Of a stretch of 42,964 nucleotides of DNA, positions 36,906 through 42,964 are shown one piece after another. The notes under the pieces are model-generated. The model worked only from the letters and a program-made list of their open reading frames with translations. It was not told where the DNA came from and searched no databases. Position numbers and translations under genes: made by a program. The stretch comes from Octopus bimaculoides (Eukaryota), in contig NC_068998.1 in assembly GCF_001194135.2 (NCBI RefSeq), forward strand, positions 10,535,924 through 10,578,887, written 5' to 3'. The first letter of the stretch is position 1. Every line of letters starts with the position of its first letter.

Positions 36906-37504
36906 AAGTATTAGATAGGAAAAGGCGTATAATATCGTAAAGAGTGATAGTACGACCGTGGTTAAATGGTTCAAAAATCAATTTTTACACTAAAAAATAA
37001 AAGGGTATCTAATCTTAGTTTATTTTTAAATTTTCAAAGTATCAATAATAAAGAAACCAATCAAAAACAAATCAATTTTTTAAATTTTACCAAAAAAAAA
37101 AAACCAATCGTACAAATTAATTTATACATTCACATTCACCTCACTTTACTTTCAAATTAAGACAATCAAGGTCTATAGCATTTAGAAACGAGGTCCTAGT
37201 GTTACACATCACACACACACCTACATATATTCAGAAAGATAAACACAAGTATACATATACAAATATATTTACATAGAGCTTAAAAATACTGATTACTAAA
37301 AGGAGAATACACAGTCTCTTAACTCGCCAGCTGTTTCAGGAAGCACAGAATTACGTAACATTCATAATTTATAAATGAAATATGCAAGAAGCATTGGGTA
37401 TGCAACAAGTAAGCAGTCACTCGGAGATATTACATTAAGCCCGACTATCCTACACACATATACGCATGTATCTGTTTACATCAATGCGTGTGCGTCTTTG
37501 TGCT

Positions 37505-37710
37505 TGGGTTGTATTTGTCCTCCACCACCGCTTGATAACTGGTTTTGGTTTGTTTCCTTCACCATAACCTAGCGGTTCAGGAAAAGTCACCAGCAGAATA
37601 ACTACCAGACTTTAAAGAAAATACGTACTGGTGTCAATTTGCTCGACCAAACCTTTTAAGGCAGTGTTTCCCTGATAGCTGCAATTCAGTGGCTGAAACA
37701 TGTTAAAGAT
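37505..37710 (+). mobile_element. CORE-type SINE, 3' half (further tail fragments at ~10070-10125 and ~39610-39668; heads at ~8755, ~17810, ~22055, ~29020, ~42170)
   Basis: cgcttgataactggttttgg...tagcggttcagg...ttttaaggcagtgtttccc...gctgaaaca matches the family tail. Confidence 0.65.
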
Positions 37711-37986
37711 ATTTAAAGATAAAAGATTAAAAAAAAAGAGAGAAAAATCATCCCTTGGACGAGAGGAAGTTTGTGATATGGTGGATTTTCATTGCTTGTC
37801 GCCGCCATTTTCTTTTCAACTTACGACCGGAAAAAGACATACATAAATATCACAACTCATTCTTCTATTATCTCATTTAATCCTAAACTATTACAATTCA
37901 TTTATGCGTAGCCAATAACGACATCAATATGGTAAACAGATATCTCTACAACAAAACCATATACTAAAATAAATAACTATTAAACA

Positions 37987-38036
<50 letters not shown>

Positions 38037-38517
38037 ATGACCGGTCAGTGAGTAGAATATTAAGTGATGCCTGGAGACACACAGACTATGTTCGTGAATG
38101 TAAGTCACGTGTTTTTGGAATATTCCGGAAAAAGCGTTAAAATAATCACCTTTTGTTTGATATGCATACTTTTGGTTTGATTTTTACTATATTTACTTTT
38201 GAAACAAGATTCATTTCCGTTGTTCATAGTTTCTTTCCAATTGTCCTCAAATCTGCTTCTTTTGTTTGTTTTTTTTCTTTTTTAACTCATTCCTCTCTCT
38301 CTCTTTCTTCTCTCATTCCGTCTCTCTTTCTCTCTTTCACTGTTTCTTTCACTCCCTCTTTCTGTCTATTTATATTCATACAAATATTTATATTCTACCT
38401 GCCTCTCTTTCAAGCCTTCTCGATTTCTTTCTTTATTTCTTTCTTTCTATTTAAACATAAATTTATTTAACGGTTGTCTACCTTTCTGTTCATATTTATC
38501 TACCTATCTATCCATCC

Positions 38518-38566
<49 letters not shown>

Positions 38567-38567
38567 C

Positions 38568-38606
<39 letters not shown>

Positions 38607-39323
38607 ATTTTTACTCCCTAATCCAAATACGATGAAGTGGTAGGACTTCTTCCTCTCTCCCCTCCTTCTCCACTTATCCTTCTTCTTCAATCTCTCTCCC
38701 CCTCCCCCTTGCAATCAACAGTCTTCAGTATGTTAGGTGCATTGACACTTCTCATTCATACAACCTTCTTATTCCAGGAGAAAATGCGCACACATTTACA
38801 ATCAGGCATATAAATAATTGTTTGGATGTATGCATGTATATGCATATGTTCTTTGTGAGTATACGTTTGAGAATACAAACGGTAAATAGTACTCAATACT
38901 TATAGTAGAGTTTATTTGTTCGATCGAAAAATATATGTTTATACACACACACACATAGATTCATACACTGACAGATATATAATTATATATGATCCAAAAA
39001 TAAAGAAAACATAAAGACTTGGTGAAAGACCAACAAACAAGGTGTATAAGGTTAACGCTCAGGAACAAGGGAAAAAGTCTTTAACGTTCCGAGCTTACAT
39101 TCTTCTGCAGAAAGGAGAGATGAGGAGAGTAAAATGCTGGAGAGGAAAAAGAAACGTGTCTGGATTAAACCAAGAGACTAAGAATCCTTTAACAAAATTA
39201 ACCCTAAAGGGATGGCGAAAGTAAGAGAGTAAGAGCAGAACGAAGATAAAGCTCTAAAATAGAGTGATATTTAGAGAGATAGCGTGATGAAATAATTGAA
39301 GTATTGAAGGTGAGTAAATGAGA

Positions 39324-39414
<91 letters not shown>

Positions 39415-39937
39415 GGAGAGAGAGGGAGAGAGAGGGAGAGAGAGAGAGGCAAGAGAGATGAGAGAGAGGCAAGAGAGATGAGAGATAGATAGATAGATGT
39501 GTAGAAAATGAATGATGAAATGTGAGCAAATCAGCGAGAATAATGAAGGAGAGAAAAAATTTGAGAGCACAAGTGTAAAGAAGTGAAGATCTAACTTTAC
39601 GAATATATAAGGTGGTGCCCCAGCATGGTCAGAGCTCGATGAGTGAAAAAGTAAAAGAGTAAAAGAATTCTTTAAAAGCGGGTATACTGCAAATGATTAC
39701 AAGTCAAACAGATGAAAGAATTCTCAGTCACAGAGAAACTTCTTGAGCTCGAACTGCAGAAACATAGAGAAAATTATTACGGTTTACTCGACGACAGTTG
39801 AAGAGACATGGTGTGAGACAAGAAGCACGAGAAGCAACATAAACAAGGTTCGAGACACAAAGATTAAGAATAATTTATGAAAGCGAAATAAAACACAAGA
39901 AAATGGAACTTGAAGCAATAATAATAATAATAATAAT

Positions 39938-40144
39938 CCTTTCTATTATAGGCACAAAGCCTGAAATTTGGGGGGACGTAACTAGTCGGTTACATCGACC
40001 CCAGTGTTTCACTGGTACTTAATTTATCGACCCCCAAAAGGATGAAAGGCGAAGTCGACTTTGGCAGAATTTGAACTCAGAACGTAGCGATGGGTGAAAT
40101 ACCGCTAAGCATATTTCCCGGTGTGCTAACGATTCTACCAGCTC
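39938..40144 (-). mobile_element. Meta-type SINE, full length, tail type A
   Basis: Reverse complement of the family consensus, from ...ccagctc (head) to cctttctattatagg (tail), with an (ATT)n tail. Confidence 0.85.
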
Positions 40145-40148
40145 ACTT

Positions 40149-40212
<64 letters not shown>

Positions 40213-40213
40213 C

Positions 40214-40260
<47 letters not shown>

Positions 40261-40270
40261 CGATGATGAT

Positions 40271-40476
40271 GAGCCGGTAAACTCGTTAGCATGCCGGGAA
40301 AATGCATAGCGGCATTCTGTCTGCCCTTACGTTCTGAGTTCAAATTCTGCTGAGGTTAACTTTGCTTTTCATCCTTTCGGGGTCGATGAAATAAGTACCA
40401 GTTACACACTGGAGTCGAAGTAACAGACTAGCCCCCTTTCCTCAAAATTTTCAAGGCCTTGTGCTTAGAGTAGAAA
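40271..40476 (+). mobile_element. Meta-type SINE, full length, tail type A
   Basis: gagccggtaaactcgttagcatgccggg...gagttcaaattc...cctttcggggtcgatgaaataagtaccag...ggccttgtgcttagagtagaaataat. Confidence 0.85.
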
Positions 40477-40494
40477 TAATAATAATAATGATAA

Positions 40495-40539
<45 letters not shown>

Positions 40540-40860
40540 CTAACTTGGTAGTATATTTAGGAATCGATTATTTCAGGTATCTCTTATGTCTTTATGCTAT
40601 GGTATGACTTGAAGGGAGATTTAGTTGATATTTCTAGCAGATCGTATGACTACATAGAAGTTTCCCCGCTATGCGGTCACTCGATCTACATCCTACACAC
40701 CGTTGGTTGGTGATAATTAATGATTGCTAGATCCGGTGTATGCGACAGTTAGCTTAGGCTACGTTTGTTTCACTGTCTTGTAATTTATACGAAGTGATGC
40801 GATGCGACAGTTTTAGAAGAGAGCGGTATGGGTGATACAGAAGGCTGTTAAGAAAAACGG

Positions 40861-40894
<34 letters not shown>

Positions 40895-42778
40895 GAAGAG
40901 CGGAAGAAAGATAAATGATTTGTGTATGTATGTGTGTATGTATATATGTCTTCAGTTGCTTTTAATGTCGTTTATACATCATTTCTCCACCGACTTACTC
41001 CTCTATCACATCTTCAGTTCTCGCTATAATATCGTTGATCTTCTCCCGCCACTTCAGTTTATTTCTTTCCTCTCTTTGTTCTTATCCTATTCCACCCATA
41101 GTCTCTCTATCTCTCACTCTGTCTCTCTATCTCTTTTTCTCTCTGTCTCTCTTTCTCTCTGTCTCTCACCTGATTTTAATTTTTCGTTTTCCGATTAATC
41201 AAATATCTTTGTGATTATCATAAATTACATGTAGCATTCATTAAATATGAACAGCGTGAGTCTAAAGCTTTTTTTTTTCTCTTCTTTTATGTGGGCGAAG
41301 TATACGTTTTGTGTTGTCACATCGTCGTTAAAGTGTCAGACAGAACGCCTGGCGGTATTTTTTTCTGGCTTTCCGCATTTTGAGTTCAAATCCTGGCGAG
41401 GTCACCTTGGACTTTCAGCATTTTGAGGCGAATAAATAAATAACAATTACTGGGGTAGCTTTTCCTTCTCTTTCAGACTTTCTTGCTCCCTTTCCTTTGG
41501 TAAGAAATTGGTTGTATTTAAACCTACGGAGAGATTAGCTCCACCTCATATAAAATGTCTAGCGCATACTGCAAGTCAGAAAAGCACATCTGTGGTTCCT
41601 GTAGGAGATGAGGGTTCATGGAAGAAACGAAGAACTTATATGTATTGCTGTGTGTCATGTGATGTCACTTTGCAGAACTTCTCTTATAACAGCTTCGTAA
41701 CAAGCGTTACAGCTAGAGTGGGTGCGGCCCGGAGTAGTTCTTGATTTGCTTCCCCACTGACAAACCTCCCTGCCTTAGCCTAGAAAGGCTTATACAATAG
41801 ACCTCAAAGAACCGCACTCCTTTAAAAGCGTCTCCCAAAGTGGACCTTCCCCTTTACCCCTTCTCCTAGGTAGGCTATTGCTTGTGACCGCCCAAATATC
41901 GAGTGATACTGTGTGAAAGCCCATCGGTTGAGCTGCGTTTGTGATTCGAATGTCCAGCCTTGTCTCTGCCACACGGTGTGTCGAGGTGGGTCTCTCCGAG
42001 ATCTAGGACAAAAGTGTTTGTGAAATAGCCACTTATTATTTTATACAATAAAGCAGGTGACCCTGGTTATAGGACATAGGACAACTAGATCGAACATTCG
42101 CCGACAGCGATGTGAGATCCGTTCGTCTGATGTGTAGCTTTCAAAACATGTGTATGTACATGGTTTATACATGGCCGAATGGTTAAAAATCTCGTTTCGC
42201 AATCACGAAGTCGCACGTTCGATACGGTATTGTGGAGTGTGTCTTTTACTATAACTTCGAGTCAGTCCAAACCTTGGGAGTAAAACTCAGTAGACGGAAA
42301 CTGCACGGAAGCTCGTCAGATTGATTCTGCCTGTAATTCTAAAGTCCAGTCCTCTACATTCAGTGCCTCGCCGATTTTGCTTGAAGATTACGTTAAGGAC
42401 ATACATGTCTTTGAAATATTCAGCCATTTACACGGCTCAGTAGTTAGAGCGTCAGTCTAACAATCGTGTGGTAGTGAGTTCAATTCCTGGACTGGGCCGT
42501 GCGTTATGTTCTTGAGCACCTCGGTGGCTTCTATTTCAGTACAGCCTAAACATGCTTATACAGCAAACCCTAAGAGCGTCATCCTGGGAAGATCATCACC
42601 CACTAATCCAGCTCCGATTGATACATAATGTTGTTATACCTAAGTGTGGATACTTGAAACGAAGGAAGTAATTGGTTTATAATGGTTTTCTTCATTTCTA
42701 AATTTTTAACTTTTGAACACAGATTGTATAAAACTTTCCATATAAAGTGCACCAATAATGTTATTATTATTATTATTG

Positions 42779-42845
<67 letters not shown>

Positions 42846-42964
42846 TTTCCCTGCGGATAGTGCGAGTAATTTAGTGTTTTGATCTCCAGTATATTACGAA
42901 ATCTAAAAGATTGAGAATCACTAGCATGCTCTAGGGTGTAAGCAGTAACTGCATATATATATAT

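Noticed and set aside
36477-36974. 165-aa minus-strand ORF with a hydrophobic N-terminus and Cys pairs
   Set aside because: Most of it is the antisense of the (CAA)n-tailed interspersed repeat that occurs several times in this window.
37801-37830. YY1-like GCCGCCATTTT motif and a minus-strand gtaagt donor as a possible first exon or promoter
   Set aside because: Single short motifs in AT-rich sequence, with no CpG-rich or exon-like context.
39700-39920. Coiled-coil-like peptide fragments (LLELELQKHRE; YESEIKHKKMELE), possibly gag-like
   Set aside because: Short, in interrupted frames and attributable to purine-rich composition; no other LTR-element features nearby.
42432-42520. tRNA-like sequences here and at other SINE heads
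   Set aside because: They have A/B boxes but no complete cloverleaf, and they continue into SINE bodies.

Overview
Repeat-dense animal genomic DNA with seven N gaps. The SINE content points to an Octopus species; this is inferred from recalled repeat families, not from a search. Nearly every ORF in the supplied track is an artefact of microsatellites, gaps or antisense repeats. The one convincing host gene is on the minus strand and appears only after splicing. A signal-peptide exon (10290-10155) joins in phase, across an ~8.3 kb GT-AG intron, to an exon at 1859-<1725. The product is MRLLISLAIISLVVMVCCS-HPMEM-RKKK-DGDEKAMPLNTDRNSHAE-KR-AKEVLMFGNQQNSPRV-KK-SDPKPDKEVPLTGLNSDEDSKEHR..., a GNXQN/GNQQNxP-family neuropeptide precursor whose C-terminus runs into an assembly gap. 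A candidate non-coding upstream exon lies at 33757-33589. The rest is mobile DNA and simple repeats: a decayed Penelope-like (Naiad-type) RT fragment, an internally deleted maT/DD37D transposon, two 3' ends of an RLE-type (R4/Dong-like) LINE, three modular tRNA-derived SINE families, a (CAA)n-tailed repeat, and many micro- and minisatellites. No rRNA, intact tRNA or CRISPR array was seen.
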